Below, in pieces: positions 1-13,435 of a stretch of DNA of 64,000 nt. A program made the translations under genes and the position numbers. The number at the start of each line of letters is the position of its first letter. Position 1 is the first letter of the stretch. Source of the stretch: Camelus dromedarius (Eukaryota); assembly GCF_036321535.1 (NCBI RefSeq), contig NC_087437.1, positions 110,176,001-110,240,000 of the forward strand, in the 5' to 3' direction. The notes beneath the pieces were generated by a model. The model was not told where the DNA came from. It saw only the letters and a program-made list of their open reading frames with translations, and did not search any database.

Positions 1-1480
1 TTAATAGAAGGCTCAGCTAAGTTGTGCCTGGAATAAAGACCAACAAGATACGTTATCATAACACGTGTGTTTTTAAGCTGTTAAATTTTTGGCAATAAAA
101 ACAGTTAATGATTACAAATACCAATCCCAAAATTATTGGACAAGGACATTTAAGCAGCTTTACAGTCATGATCCATAAGATAAAGATAAACACTCTTGAA
201 TTAAATGGAAAAAAAAAGATATCATCAACAGAGAAATGGAAATATAAAAAGTACCAAATGGTAATTTTGTAACAAAAAATTACCACATCTAAATTAAAAA
301 AAATATATTGGATTGGCTCAATAGCAGAATTGATATGCCAGAGGAGAGTTGGACAACTTGAAGATAAACAACAGAAATTATTGAATCTGAAAAACCAAGG
401 AAATACAACTTTAAATATAAATAGAGTCTCAGAAATATATGGGACATACCAAAAGTTCTAACATTCATGGCATTGGAACTTCCAAAGGATGGGGAAAATA
501 GATTGGTGCAGAAATCACATTTGAAGAAATAATGATTGAAAATTTCCCAGAATTGGTAAAACTCATACATTTATAATCAAAAAGTTGTAACTCTCAATCA
601 ATAAGCTCAAAGAAAGTCATGTCCAAATACATCATACTCAAGCTTCTGTTAACCAAATAAAAAGAAGAAGGAGAAAGAGGAGGAGGAGAAAAGAAAAATT
701 CATGAAACTAGGTAAACAACATATTACATGTAGGTAACAATGATTCAAATTAGTATGGATTTCTCACCAGATACAATAGAGTTCAGAATACAGTAGCAAA
801 TGCACCTAAAGTGCTGATAGGAAAGAATCTAACATCCCAACAGTACCTTTCAGGAATAGAAACTTTCTCAGATGAGGAAAACTAAGAGAATCTGTGCCAG
901 GGAGAACTCTTCTGAAAGAAATGGTAAAGGAAGTTTTTCAGATCAAAGGAAAATAATACTATAGAGATACTTAGTATTTCAGAAATAAAGAAAAAGCAAT
1001 AGAAAATTGTAAACATTTGGGTAAATAAAAGTTATTTTTTCCTTTTAGTTTTTTAAAAATACATATGACTGTAAAAATTTATATTGGGGATTTGAAGGTG
1101 TGTTGATAAAATATGAATATGACAAATGTAACAAGAAGAGGCAATGGTAAAGAAACCTGTAAGTTCATAGGGCTTATGCCTTTTAGTTAAAGTAGTAACG
1201 TATCAGCTTTGAGAACACTGTCAAAGATTAGTTGTGTATATGTATATATTGTAATCCCTAGATTAACCACTAAAATTACAGAAGTATAGCCAAAAAGCCA
1301 CTAGATAATTAAAATCTAATACTAAATATATTTAAATAATACAAAACAAGGCAGAGAAGTGGAAACTAAGAAACAGAAAACAGAAACAAATATCAAATGG
1401 TAGAACTAATTTCAAACATGTCAATATTTAAATAATGTGTAAATATGTAAATACATAATTAGAAGGCTAAGATTGTTAAA
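1..1480 (+). mobile_element. Ancient degraded L1 (L1M-type), ORF1 region and downstream
   Basis: A-rich sequence with recognisable decayed ORF1 segments (e.g. GAAGAAATAATGATTGAAAATTTCCCAGAATTGG ~522-556); no long ORF; boundaries approximate. Confidence 0.7.
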
Positions 1481-1701
1481 TATAGTCACTATGAGGAATT
1501 CTTGAGAATTTTTTAAATGTCAGTTAGTTTGGAAATGAGTCAATCCTGCCTATGGTCTTCCCACATAGAAAATAGATCCTCAAAATTTGTTCCTATAACT
1601 GAGTATTTGTACCCTTTGACCTGCATCACCTGGTAGACAGATGATAGTCAAATTCAAGAAACTGATTCTGCTCCTCAACTGAACCCTCCACTCTTGACAT
1701 C

Positions 1702-1832
1702 ATGGCTACCAAGACAACTACTAGGATGACCTGGACTATGGCTATGACCATGGCTGTGGCTATGGTAACTCTGGACGTGCCTGCTACTACCCATGTTACT
1801 CCAGAAGATACTGGGGTTCTGGCTGGTATTAA
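1702..1832 (+). pseudogene. HGT-KRTAP pseudogene (KRTAP19/20/22-like)
   Basis: Family 5'UTR (AACTGAACCCTCCACTCTTGACATC-ATG). A 1-bp loss follows the ATG. The shifted frame reads GYQDNY*DDLDYGYDHGCGYGNSGRACYYPCYSRRYWGSGWY* with an internal TAG. No TATA box seen. Confidence 0.85.
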
Positions 1833-2173
1833 GATATTCTAGAATGCTGATCCCTTATATATTTCTTGCTATTGTATAAGAATTATTTATTATCTAAGAT
1901 TTATCTTCTATTCTTACATTAACATCTAAATCCTAGGCTACCCATGATAAAAGTGTTTCCAATTCATTAACTATCTGGAATATCCATGATTTTGTGAGGA
2001 AAAAATTTCATTCTTCTTTCAATGTTTGCATAAATCCAATCTCAGCATTTCTTTGGGAAAATCTAATTTCATTTTTAATTATACATAAGTTTATTTGCAA
2101 GGATATGATGTACTTATATTCTATATTCATTTTGCTCCATCATTCCTGAGTGTAAGAATATGTGTATGCAGTG

Positions 2174-2207
2174 TATGTGTGTCTGTGTGTGTGTGTGTGT
2201 GTATGTG
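2174..2207. repeat. (TG)n microsatellite, imperfect
   Basis: Directly visible. Confidence 0.9.
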
Positions 2208-2399
2208 AGTTTAGCTGCATAGCTGCTGCATTTCTATCAGCTAAGATCTGCTCCAGGGACATGAATTCATTGGCATTTGAAGGGAGAAAGACTTCATTCT
2301 GAGAATCTGAGTGGCCTACAATAGGAAGCCATTCGCATGGCTGAACTGATGAGTGCAGAGTGCGCGCTGATAAGGCACCAAATAGAACCTCCTAGAGAT

Positions 2400-5110
2400 C
2401 ACACATTGCATCACGCAGATGCAGTCCTATCTCATGTTGGGTTCACTTCATCCTGTCATTACTTCTTAAAGACAAAAGCTGGCATGAATTCTCAAAAGCA
2501 AAACAAAATCAAATAACAACAACAAAAGGGTTATTAGTGAGGCAAGCTAAAGTCCCTTTTCAGGTAAAGTTGGTTCCTAACCAGTAACTGACATTCATCA
2601 TCTCTGTATTTCACCACCCATTCTCGGTTGTCCTCAGATTTGGCTAACACCTCCACTGGTCTGGGTAACTTGCCGGGTGGGATAACCTAAAACTATCTCT
2701 GGGACGTCTGAGCCCCCAGTTCCTGTATGCTTATCTGGCTACCGTCATCTAGGAATGGGAAGCAAGCAGAAACTGCCCCAGTAGATCCTGTGAATTTTTG
2801 ACATATATTTCATATCCACAGTATATAGAACTTGTATCTTCTCATAATAATCAATATAGTTAATTTATTTCCCTGCTGACCAACTGCCATGTGGAGCCCA
2901 CTATTATCAGTGTACCAGGTAGGCAAAAATTATATGTCAATTCACTAAGTGGTTTCTAGAAACTTATGGTGAAAGGGAGTAATTTTACTTGCACACTTTT
3001 TTTTTCAGGTTTATATATTTTAGCTATCAGGGGTAAATTACAGTGCTTAAAAAATATTCCACATTGTAGAAATAGTACCAAACCCCAAAGAGTAATTTTT
3101 TAACTCATTCATTAGATGCAATTTAAGGGGCCATTTCAACCAGTTGATGTGGTGTGTGCTAAGACTAACAGATTCCATAGCAGTAGGTCATTATTTCATC
3201 TTCTCAGAGAATGCCTCAGACAAAGCAATGTCATACAGGATTCTATGATGATAAAAAAGACCCTGCACATCTCAGATATTGGCTCTGGCCGTGTCACTGT
3301 GGGGAGGAAAACCAAACCCATACCCCATATGTCTACATTCTCAGTAATATCAGATTCCTTCTCTGTGAAAGAAGTCTGCTGTAATCAACTTGCCATCAAG
3401 AGCTGTTTGATATCCTCTAAGTGTGGCACCCGATTATGGGCTCTGTGAAATTCTCTGATGTTTCCAGATTGGAAATTCAGCTCCAATATTAGCTAGATCA
3501 GCTTTGTGAAAGTCCATTTCTGCCACTATGGCTACACTATGGCTACTACTACACAAGCCCTGGGGTTGCATGTGCCGGAACTGACATTCATTGGCTGAGT
3601 CACTGTCTACCTGGTTGTTTACTACTTGCTCTGTTGCAGATACACTCTGGTGGGAATTAACATCAACACAAACATCTGTATGATTTTATCCACTCTGATA
3701 TGTCCAACTACACAATTCTTCCCAAGATCTCTTTAACTGTACTCCTTCCAGATCCTTGAACTTCAGTCAAATCATTATTAACAAGCCAAGACATTAATAA
3801 ATGTCCAGATGTCATTGTATATTCTTACCTCAGATGACATCTCCCTCTGCATGAAATTGGTGATCAGGTCTGCTTAAAATCTTTGTCCACTGGGAACATT
3901 TTCCCTTACTATTCTCTGCCAGAGCCATTCTTAGGGGGCTATAGTGCATCAGCAGTCCACTTTCAGCTGATGTCAACATCTTGAGATGACCCATTTACGA
4001 AACAGGCATGAGTATATTCTTACTCTGCCATTTGGTCATATTAAAGCTTCAGTGGGGCCGCAGAAGTCAACTTACAGAAAGGCTTTAGTGCTACATAGAT
4101 CAATAACAAGGGTAACTTACTCATAACCTTTGCACCTGCTTTAACTGATCTTGAATCTATATTCAACATTCAATTCAATACGTATTTTATTAGCAATATA
4201 TATATATATGCTACTGAACTCAGGTTCAGCTACTCACCATATGCAGGTCAATAAGTCAAGTGACAAGGTGTTGAGGCAAGGAAAGGGATTTCATTAGAAA
4301 ACCTGGCTAAGAAAACGGACTATCTAAACATCTCCGAGCAGGCAAAGGGCTTTTAAAGACAGTGTGAGGCAGGGTGTGGGAGCAGCTCATGCACAATTCT
4401 CAGATTGTTTGGCATCAAGGTTAAGTTTTGAGCATCACCAGTCTCTGCATTCAACTGGTCTGGGGTCTATGTGCTTGTGGTCAGCAGTTTTGATCTGGTG
4501 GGGGTCTGCTTCTTATAAAAACAACAAATGGGAATGTATGTCAGACCTTTATTTTTCAGGGAACTGGGAGTTCAATGACTCTGCTGTGTGGCTGATTTAT
4601 AGCCTAAATTGTTACCAGTATCCCTGCCCAAAAGCCATTCTTTGTTTCTACCTCTTCACATTTCCTTATAATTAACGTTTGAGCTAGACTTTGAGACTCA
4701 GGGGAGGCCAGGGAAACTACAGCAAAAGATTTACTTCAAAAGACAGGAACACCAGGGCTTGTACACAGTTTCATTAACACTTAACATTAAATGCCTGCTG
4801 ATAAGTCCACCAAAATATATGGTTTGGTGGATCTGAGGTACCCAGTCATGATCGTCAGCTCATATTGTCATTTGATGTCACGCACTGAGAGATGTTCAGT
4901 CCATTAATATACCAGGGACTCCTTTTTGAGCTATGAATATATTCTGATACCATTCGGTCTTTCCTCAGAACCGAGACATCTGTGCTGCAATTCTCACTTG
5001 AGGGTTTGCCAAAGACTCCGAATTTTGCAGAAGAAACACAAATGAATTAAATGAGTACCACAATTCATGTGTCTTTTAAGTCTTCATGGGTAGCAGCAAT
5101 CTCTGACATT
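2400..5110 (-). mobile_element. Degraded ERVL-class internal (pol) sequence, interrupted by an LTR
   Basis: Reverse strand of ~3939-4007 reads ACFVNGSSQDVDIS*KWTADAL*, resembling the ERVL RNase H motif WFTDGS...KWTAAAL. Boundaries approximate. Confidence 0.65.
4209..4773 (-). mobile_element. Solo LTR (ERV1-like) nested in the ERVL remnant
   Basis: TG...CA termini (TGCTACTGAACTCAGGTTCAGCT...CAGTTTCA), ~565 bp, composition distinct from flanks; resembles artiodactyl ERV1 LTRs from recall; no clean TSD. Confidence 0.6.
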
Positions 5111-5116
5111 CCATGC

Positions 5117-5544
5117 TGTGATGGTTAATTTTATGTGTCAACTTCACTGGCCTAAAGGATGCCCAGATAGCTGGTAAAACTTTATTTCTGAGTGTGACTG
5201 TGAGGGTGTTTCGAGATGAAATTAGCATTTGAATCTATAAACTAAGATCACCTTCACTGATGCAGCAGGGGCAACTTCTAAACCACTGAAGGCCTGGAGA
5301 GAACAAAAAGTGCAGAAGAGAGGTGAATTTGCTCTCAGCCGGAGCAGGACATCCACCTTCTCCCATCCTCATACATTGGTGTGGCTGCTTCTTGGGACTT
5401 GGGATTCAGACTGGGGCTTAACACCATTGGCTCCCCTGGTTCTCAGGCCTTTGGACTTGGGCTGAGTTATACCACTGACTTTCCTGGTTCTCCAGGTTAC
5501 AGACAACAGACTGTGAACCTTCTTGGAGAACCCTGACTAATGCA
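5117..5544 (+). mobile_element. MLT2 (ERVL) solo LTR
   Basis: Diagnostic start TGTGATGGTTAATTTTATGTGTCAACTT and end GGAGAACCCTGACTAATGCA; 5-bp flanks CATGC/CATAC (TSD with one mismatch). Confidence 0.9.
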
Positions 5545-5977
5545 CATACAGTCTGACATTGATTCTAGTATACTATCTTGACTACTGACCATTTTCAGGG
5601 TCTTCCACTTGAATCTCCCCACTATATTGGTCAAGAAAACATACAAGGACTTTTTGGGCTTCTCTGTATATCCATGTTATTTATGCTAAGAGAGCAGCAG
5701 GAATCACTATAGATTCATGGAAACATTAATCCTGCTATGAGACATATTTGGACCAGGACTCCAGTTGATTGGCATCTGGTCTCTGTGTGACTTCAACTTA
5801 ATAAGAAGTAATTTTTGTATTTGGGGTTTCTAGATAAACATGAGCTCCGACTTTGTGACAGACAGCACCTGAAAACTTTTGAGTATTCTCCTTTCCTAGA
5901 ATTCAGTTGCTCTGATAAATTCTCAAGGTCTCTTTAGAAAAGAAATTGGATATAGACCCCTTAGAAAAAATTTAAGT

Positions 5978-6078
5978 GGATAGATACGGATATACATATA
6001 GAAAGATAGGTAGATGGATAGATAGATATAAAGACAGGTAGATAGGTAGGTAGGTAGATAGATAGATAGATAGATAGG

Positions 6079-6109
<31 letters not shown>
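5978..6109. repeat. (GATA)n/(GGTA)n tetranucleotide repeat
   Basis: Directly visible. Confidence 0.95.
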
Positions 6110-6112
<3 letters not shown>

Positions 6113-8024
6113 TTATTTTCTGTGACATTGTAGCACCCTTACTCAGTGAATTCCAAATTCAGGAGAGAGGATTGTGTGCGAGTAGGTGATGGGAATAATC
6201 TTCATATATTGAATATGTTGTCAAGTACATAACATTTCAGAAGGGGAATCATGGAATTTCTGATAATTATTTCTAAACCTCATCCCTACAGCCTATATCT
6301 GCACACAGGAAGAGGAACAGTGGTACATTTCTAGAACAACCATAGTGGAATTTTTTAAATTACAGTTTCATTATTCCTGACTACATAGCCTTCCCAGAAA
6401 ATCTGGGAGGGCTAATTCCTTTATTTATTTAATACCTGATATGCATTCTGCTTTTGACTATGAGGAATCTTGACTGATTCAACATTGCTATAAAGTGCAT
6501 ATTTAAATATTTAAATAAAGTATATATTTAAAAAGGAATATAGGATTTATATTGACTTTAGGACCCAAAATGTAATCTCAGATAATTCTAATTCACAGTT
6601 TCCAAATGTCTTCAGAAAAGAAAGGAAGATAATAATAATTTTAAAAAATATATAATTCTACAAGAAACTGATACAGAGTACTGTACATATGCAAATATGC
6701 CATCCCTTTGCAAGAATCTTGAGAGTATCATTTCATGGTATGTTGACAAGACTGGATGAAATAAAAAGTAAATAGTTTAGGATTCTATTTATAAGAAAGA
6801 AAAACTCACCTAGGAAGAAGATAGAAGGAATCTGAAGTAGACCGTCACTAACAGGCTAACACAGATCAGCCGGACAGCCACCATAAACACGAACAATACA
6901 GTATTTTATTTAATGGTGGGAATGACTCTTCCACTTGCCCATACTATAAGGAGACCTGATAATTAATTAATATTGCTAAGCAAACAAAATAAAATTATAA
7001 ATCTAAATATATTTCTCTATAATCATCTGTGTATGGAATATCTGCATATGATGACATATAAATTCTGATGGAACAAATCTGTTGCCTAAGTACTCAGTAT
7101 GTAGATCATTTTACTTAAGGAAAAACATATAAAAAGGACTAGATATCAAAGTCAAAATAACCTAAGGATTCAACATGTACCCATCTATAGGAATAGTGCT
7201 TTTACAAAAGAAGGAAGAAACTTTTAACATGTTTTTTTATGTTTAAAATTCCTAGTGTTTCAGAGCTGTGGAATGGATAAACCTACAGCAAGCACACAAG
7301 CGAACAGCAAAATGTAAAAAGAAGAAATATGTATTTGTGGTTAAAATGTATTCAATTTATTGAAGGCAAAGAAATTAACATGAGGTGAGATGGGGGAAAG
7401 GGATTGAGAAGTTGTCCTGGAATTTGGAGCAAAAGCATAAGAACGCAAAAATTATGGCACAGTAACAGATGTGCACAAAAGATTCTGGGTACCTAATATA
7501 GGAGAGTTGGAATTTCATAGATGATGTGGCAGGTAAAGAACAAAGGAGGAAGAATGTCACAGAAGACTTGTCGTTCAGGGGGAAGGGTTAATAATAAACT
7601 TGACCATCTTCAGATTGTATATTCATTTAATATTAGCCAATAATAAATGATACTGGTAATTAAACTTATCCTGGGAAATTCCTTTGCATTTAGTAGGGGA
7701 AAAATCCATCTAATTATCTAGGCAAGAAACCAACACAGAGACACCAAACAAGTGGTTATTAGACATCTCCTTGCCATATTAAACTGTATAATAAGAATAA
7801 TTTTAACACAGCATAGGGTTATTCTCAGGCTTATGTGAGATAATGTATGTAAAGGACTCAGCAAGGGATTGGTAAGTAACTAATAAATGCTATTTAAATA
7901 TTATTAATATTTAGCTTATAAATTTTATACACTGCTTTTTCATATGAGTTACATAAGCATCATACAAATTTGACAGAAAAATATTATTTTATATTTAAAA
8001 AATCAGAAAATAAACCAGGCATGT

Positions 8025-8210
8025 AATAGCAAAAGCTATTATTAAATACCAAACATTGTTCCAAGTGCTTTACATATTTTAACACACTTCGTTTTCAAAG
8101 CAACATTAGAAGGTTGGTTCAATCATTATACTTAATTTTTAAATAAGAATACCAATTCCCAAGAGGTTACATAGTTTGCCAAATGTCACAAACCAATAAA
8201 AGGCAGGACT
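8025..8210 (-). mobile_element. MIR SINE fragment
   Basis: CATTGTTCCAAGTGCTTTACATAT...AGAGGTTACATAGTTTGCCAAATGTCACA resembles the antisense MIR core. Confidence 0.7.
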
Positions 8211-9533
8211 AAAAAAAGTTTCCTCTTTTATTGTGGTAATTCAGGAGGTATTCTGTGTATATTGTTGGACAGAGTAAATACAGTGATGTCGAGGTAGAGG
8301 TTTTGCATAAAAGGGAGACACAAATAAGGAATAAAGTGTAAAAGAGACCTGTGTATTTCAGTTTTAACTGGAGATATTAATAATTTGAAGACTATAAAGA
8401 AGTTTGGACAAACCCATGTGAATACAAATGGTTGTTTATTTGAGGATGATAATGGTGGCATTTAACATCAAATTCAATATGATAGAGCTGCTAAGAATAT
8501 TAACCAGTTTTAGGTGATATTAAGATATGTGTTGGGGGCAGATTTGGGAAATCATGATCAACAGTCTTGGCTTATGCCTCTATACCTAAGGTACTGCTGG
8601 GGTCCAGCAATCATGGCTTACTAAGCAAGCCAAAATAGCTGTAAAATACACTATTCCTTGACATGTGAAAGCATAAATCATCTAATTTCTACCTAATATT
8701 AGACAAACATTTTAAACTTCAAGAATAAATGTATAGGAAAGACAAGTCATCATACAGGCACACTTTTAGAAAAAAAAAATGTTCTCTTTGGAGATTTGAT
8801 CCTTCTAGGGATCTTAACTCCTTCTTGTGAGGTAAGTAATTTCAAGCTGTGAACCTGTCAACATGAATGGGGGCATATCCATTACGTTAAACTAAATACA
8901 GCACTTAAGCTCACTCATGTCCAAGATCTGGAAATCTTCTTTCAAGAAAAGATAATTGACAGGTTACCAACATGTAAGTAACAAAAAAAATATGGAAAGA
9001 TGAATAATTGTAGCTGAAACTGTGAAACCACACAAATAACAGGAAAGAATTAACTCAGGACAAACATGAATATAGAATGCTATGAAACAGCTCTAACCAT
9101 AAACATGTAATGAGTTTCAAAAATAATGTCACCTTTAAAAAACAAAATTTTAAAACATAGCAAGGCATATTAAGGTTAGGAGGGGACCGGCCAGGGTAGA
9201 TTTGACATTCTCAACTTCTTGAGCTGGACGAGCATGAGAAACATTTCTTGCTTAGGTATGCCAAACCAAAAATTAGAAGCAGGAATTATGCTTCAATACT
9301 CAAACCTTTTAAAAAATGCAGATTATAAAACAGACATCTATAAAGATTGTTGCTATCTTAATGTCAGAACTCAGGATTTGACAGAGCAACTGAAATAGAA
9401 AAATAAAAAGAAGATATCCCATAGATAAGACAATTGCTTCCTTGAATTAAAAACAGGAAAAAAAAAGAAACCAAAAATATAAATACTGCACATTAAATGA
9501 AAAAAATAGGCTTATTCTTCCAAATTGAAAAGG

Positions 9534-9539
9534 TTTATT
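9534..9539 (-). terminator. Probable polyadenylation signal of KRTAP6 copy A
   Basis: AATAAA on - strand ~265 nt after stop; a second AATAAA lies at 9736-9741. Confidence 0.6.
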
Positions 9540-9802
9540 GAGAAGATAGAGAAATGAGTCGTGCATGAAAATCTAAAGGCAGAATCTGTGACAGTATTGT
9601 TTTAATAAGAGATCATGTGGGAGTTCTCATGAAAATTTCAATTCTCCCATGTTTTAGGAGTTAAATACAGAAAAGAAAGAGTTGGTGTATCAGATGCAGA
9701 GGACATCAGAAGGCAAGTCCTCAAAAGGCTCCGAATTTATTGGTTCAGAACTGGGGAAACCTGAGGTCCAGGTGTAGAGGATGAGAGTCTTCCTTGGCGT
9801 CC

Positions 9803-10006
9803 TCAATAGTAGTAGCCAAAGCCAGAGCCATAGGCAGAGCCACACCCATAGCCACAGCCACAGAGAGAGTGGGAGCCAAAGCCATAGCCACAGCCCAGTC
9901 TGCGGAAGCCACAGCCATAGCAGGACCCATAGCCGCAGCCCAGGCCTCTGTAGCCACAGCAGCCATAGCCATGGCCCCCGTAGTAGTTTCCGTAGTAGCC
10001 GCACAT
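9803..10006 (-). CDS. Keratin-associated protein 6 family, copy A (67 aa, single exon)
   Basis: [73 protein letters not shown] start context; KAP6 hallmarks [10 protein letters not shown] and C-terminal GYYY. Confidence 0.93.
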   Translation of the reverse strand: MCGYYGNYYGGHGYGCCGYRGLGCGYGSCYGCGFRRLGCGYGFGSHSLCGCGYGCGSAYGSGFGYYY

Positions 10007-10095
10007 GGTATTGGTGTTGGGTTGAGGTTGTCCTTGGGTAGAGATGGAGAGTAGAAGTGTCACTTCAGGGTGGACACGTCTCCCTGCAGAGAGCC

Positions 10096-10102
10096 TTTTG
10101 TA
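10096..10102 (-). promoter_or_regulatory. Variant TATA box (TACAAAA) of KRTAP6 copy A
   Basis: Aligns to TATAAAA at 19366-19372 in the near-identical promoter of copy B. Confidence 0.75.
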
Positions 10103-12869
10103 TGTCCTTAGTGTGGGCATGACCCACCACACCTTCATGACGTTGCCTAACTTTATGACTAATGTAATTAGTTTGCTGTTCCTCAACCATAAGATAAAGC
10201 TTGAGAGAAATTCAGGGAGCTTGCTGTCTTGGTTTCTCAGTTTGGTCTCCTCTTATGCAGTTAAGGTTTTGAATGAAGGAGGCACCCACTCACATCTATG
10301 CAGTCATGCCCAAAATTACACGTTTATTTTAACCTCCTGGAACCATTCTTTTAATCAACAGAGATGACATTTTTTAACCATACTCTTATTTGCTCTTGGC
10401 CCAAGTTTCATTAAATTTTTCTTCATCAGACTAATAGTCCTTCTGAGTTGTGGAATTTTCTTTTTGATCCAAACTGAGTACCTCCTTCAAGGATTCAATT
10501 ATGTTTTGATATTGACACCATAGTGTATGTCTCATCATCATGATGTTGATAATAATCCAACTAATTAAAATTTCCCCCAAAAAACCAGTGTGAGCAAGAT
10601 GTATTGTACTTTTTTACTTATGCTGATGAGTCCAAACACTTATTGTTCAATTTCTGCTGGAGGACGGCAAAACAGAAGTGAGTCTTTGAAATCCAGTTTC
10701 TCCACTTTCCACTTGTTTTTCTAAATTGAGTATACCTTCATGCAAATTAGTTAGTTTTCACATTAATATTAGAACTATATTCTAAATGGCCAATAGGGTA
10801 ACATCACATATCTACATTTATCAACGTACTAAACAGAGGTCTGTGTTTTAATCAGTATGTTCAGTCATGACTCACACTATACCAGTCACACTGAGTGCTG
10901 TTCCATAGTCCTACAGTGAGTTCTCTTGCATAGTCCTAGCATTATTCCTGTCTTTTTTCAAATTTGTGTTATAACCCCTCCCATTGTGAGGCACCAGAAA
11001 AGTGAGACTAGTTCATATTAGTTAAAATGTACTTTGTGTCTTTAAGAGAATGCATGTGGTGAGGTGGCATTATCCACAAATACAGGTGTAATCTATCAGT
11101 AGGTTTCTGTTATACTATTGATATTTCTGAGTCAAAATGTTATCTTTACATCTTCTCATAACCTTAGAAAGGGACAGAGAGTAGCAATGTACGACACCCC
11201 CTATATTTTAGCCAATTCTCCTCTGGAGATCGTAAGAATGAAGCTACAAGACTTAAAATTTTCCAGTTCATCTCTCCTGAGAAGTATATCTAATAACTCA
11301 AAACATCCTTCTTAGTAAAGCAGAATGTTTTCATACTGAGGATCTGACCAAACACATTCATCTGTTCATTCAGTATGTGTTTTTGAATGCTTTTTCCATG
11401 TGTATATTCAGTAGGGGTTTTTTTGTTTGTTTGTTTGTACAATAGATACAGTCTTGTGACTTTTATTCACCATTTGCTGAATTCAAATATTAGAATTACA
11501 AAAAACCTTTAAATCATTTTCAATAAAATTTCATTATTAGAAATACAAATCATCACTCTATCATTTTCAAATTTCCCATACAGAAAATAAAGGTAGCCTC
11601 AACTATCACAAAATCAAGTCAATCAAGTGATAACTTAGAATAAGTTTCCAGTAAAAAAAGAAAAATCACTCAATAACATGATGATCCAGCTTCCTCAAGA
11701 TTATTTAAGTTCTTAAAATATCACCTGAAATTGGTGTGACTAATTTGCCTCACTCAGTATATAAAGGACTATAACTGACTTGGGTTTCTTTTCAGGGGTT
11801 AGTATTTGATTCAAGTAGCCATAAAACATTATTTTGTGCAAAACAAAGTCTGATATTTACCCAAATGATCTGCTGATGTCTTCTTAGATTGTTAGTTTTC
11901 ATCAAAAATTTTACAAAATGAAAGTGAGTTCGTGACTCTTCACATCCCCAAACATTTCCCCCATCTTTTTTCCTACATCATAAAGCATGCAAGATATAAA
12001 TCAGAAGTGGACCCTCCTAGTGATTGTCCGTTACTTTCCACATTAAGGGTCCTAGACTACACAAGACACCAGTTAAATTTCAATTTCAAAACACTGAAAT
12101 TCAGAATATCCAATTTTCCAAACATTTCATAGGCTACACCTGTACAAAAAATGTTTCTCTGAAAATCAAATGTATCTGAGTGTTCAGTATTTGTATTCAC
12201 TGTGTCTGGCAACGCACACCATAGGAAGCACAGCCTTTATGGTTTACCCCGTTATAGCCTTGACCACCTCTATGAGTACGTCTTGTAACACTATTCGTCT
12301 CCTTATGGTACACAAAAGTCAATGGCCTCTCTGCTCTTCAGATGTGCCAAGTTTGTTTCCAACTTAAAGCTGCTACATTTGAGTTACTGACCCTTGCAAG
12401 TAACAGCACAATGGCTAGAATTCTGTTTCCTTGGATCTCTCAGAGAATTTCCCTGACCATCCCTTCTGAAGTAAACTCTCAACAATACTTCTTAAAATTG
12501 CCTTATTTTGCCTTAATTTAACATTTAAATAGACTCAACTCTATCAGAAATTAATTATATCATTCACTTTGAGAATTTGCTTTCAGATCTTTGCCTGCAT
12601 TTTCTGCACTTGCACATTTCAGATGATAAGCTTCATGACAATAGGAACCTTGTCTGTCCTGTTCACGGCTCCATCCCCCATGCAGATAACATTGCCGAAC
12701 ATACAATTGATTCTGAAAGTTTGATGTATGAAAGAATTTAATAACTGACCAAATAAATGCAATCAAGGATTATATAAAAATAATTCTAACTTTCTTATTC
12801 TGAAGTGATGTTAGAATTGTCAAAAGTTCCAAGAATATATAGCATATACTCTTATACCATTTAATCAAT

Positions 12870-13260
12870 TATTTCTATGTTAGCATCTTCCAAGACCAAG
12901 AATAAATTAAGAAATTAGCCTGGTACAATATTCTTAAGTAATCTATACACATTATTTGAATTCCGTATTTTTCCACGAATTTCCGTTTTTCTATTCCAGT
13001 ATCCAATGCAAGATCCCACATGGCTTTTGGTTGTCATACCTTTAGCCTCCATCAATTAGTGACAGTTTGTCAGTCTTTAACTTTTATGGCATTAACAATT
13101 TCAAAGAGTTAAAAGTTTTGTAGTATGTTCCTCTATTTTGTCATGTCTGTTTTCTCATAACAATGTTGAGGTTATGCATTTTGTGCAAAGTGCCAAAAGA
13201 GACGTATCTATTTACAGTGTTGTAACAGTGGGTAGACAATGTCAGTAAATCTTTGACAGT
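12870..13260 (-). mobile_element. Old L1 (L1MC/ME-type) 3' end fragment; paralog at ~22750-23150
   Basis: TTCCAGTATCCAATGCAAGATCCCACATGGCTTTTGGTTGTCAT resembles the old L1M 3' UTR; present in both duplicate units. Confidence 0.55.
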
Positions 13261-13380
13261 CTCTGAAATAGATTAAGTTCAACTTACTAATAGGATAAAT
13301 CCTTCTACTTCTGTTATAATCATAGTTCATGGATTTAAACTACAGGGACTGTATCATGGTTTTTGTTCATTTACAACATC

Positions 13381-13417
<37 letters not shown>

Positions 13418-13435
13418 CATATATATATATACACA
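13381..13435. repeat. (TA)n/(CA)n microsatellite
   Basis: Directly visible. Confidence 0.9.

Noticed and set aside
3524..3552. CTATGGCTACACTATGGCTACTAC resembling a KRTAP Tyr-Gly repeat
   Set aside because: An 11-bp local duplication within the ERVL remnant; no KRTAP leader or C-terminal motif
10007..10186. N-terminal extensions in the ORF track (9803..10186, 19082..19408, 33920, 45659, 52616)
   Set aside because: They begin upstream of the TATA box or at non-ATG/poor starts near the cap site; the family start is the ACCATG codon
9690..10367. Overlapping Ala/Met-rich, Leu/Trp-rich and Ser/His-rich ORFs over KRTAP6 copy A (likewise at 18949-19655 and 30287-30893)
   Set aside because: Shadow frames of GGC/TAT/TGT codon repeats, which lack stops in other frames; no independent promoter or start evidence
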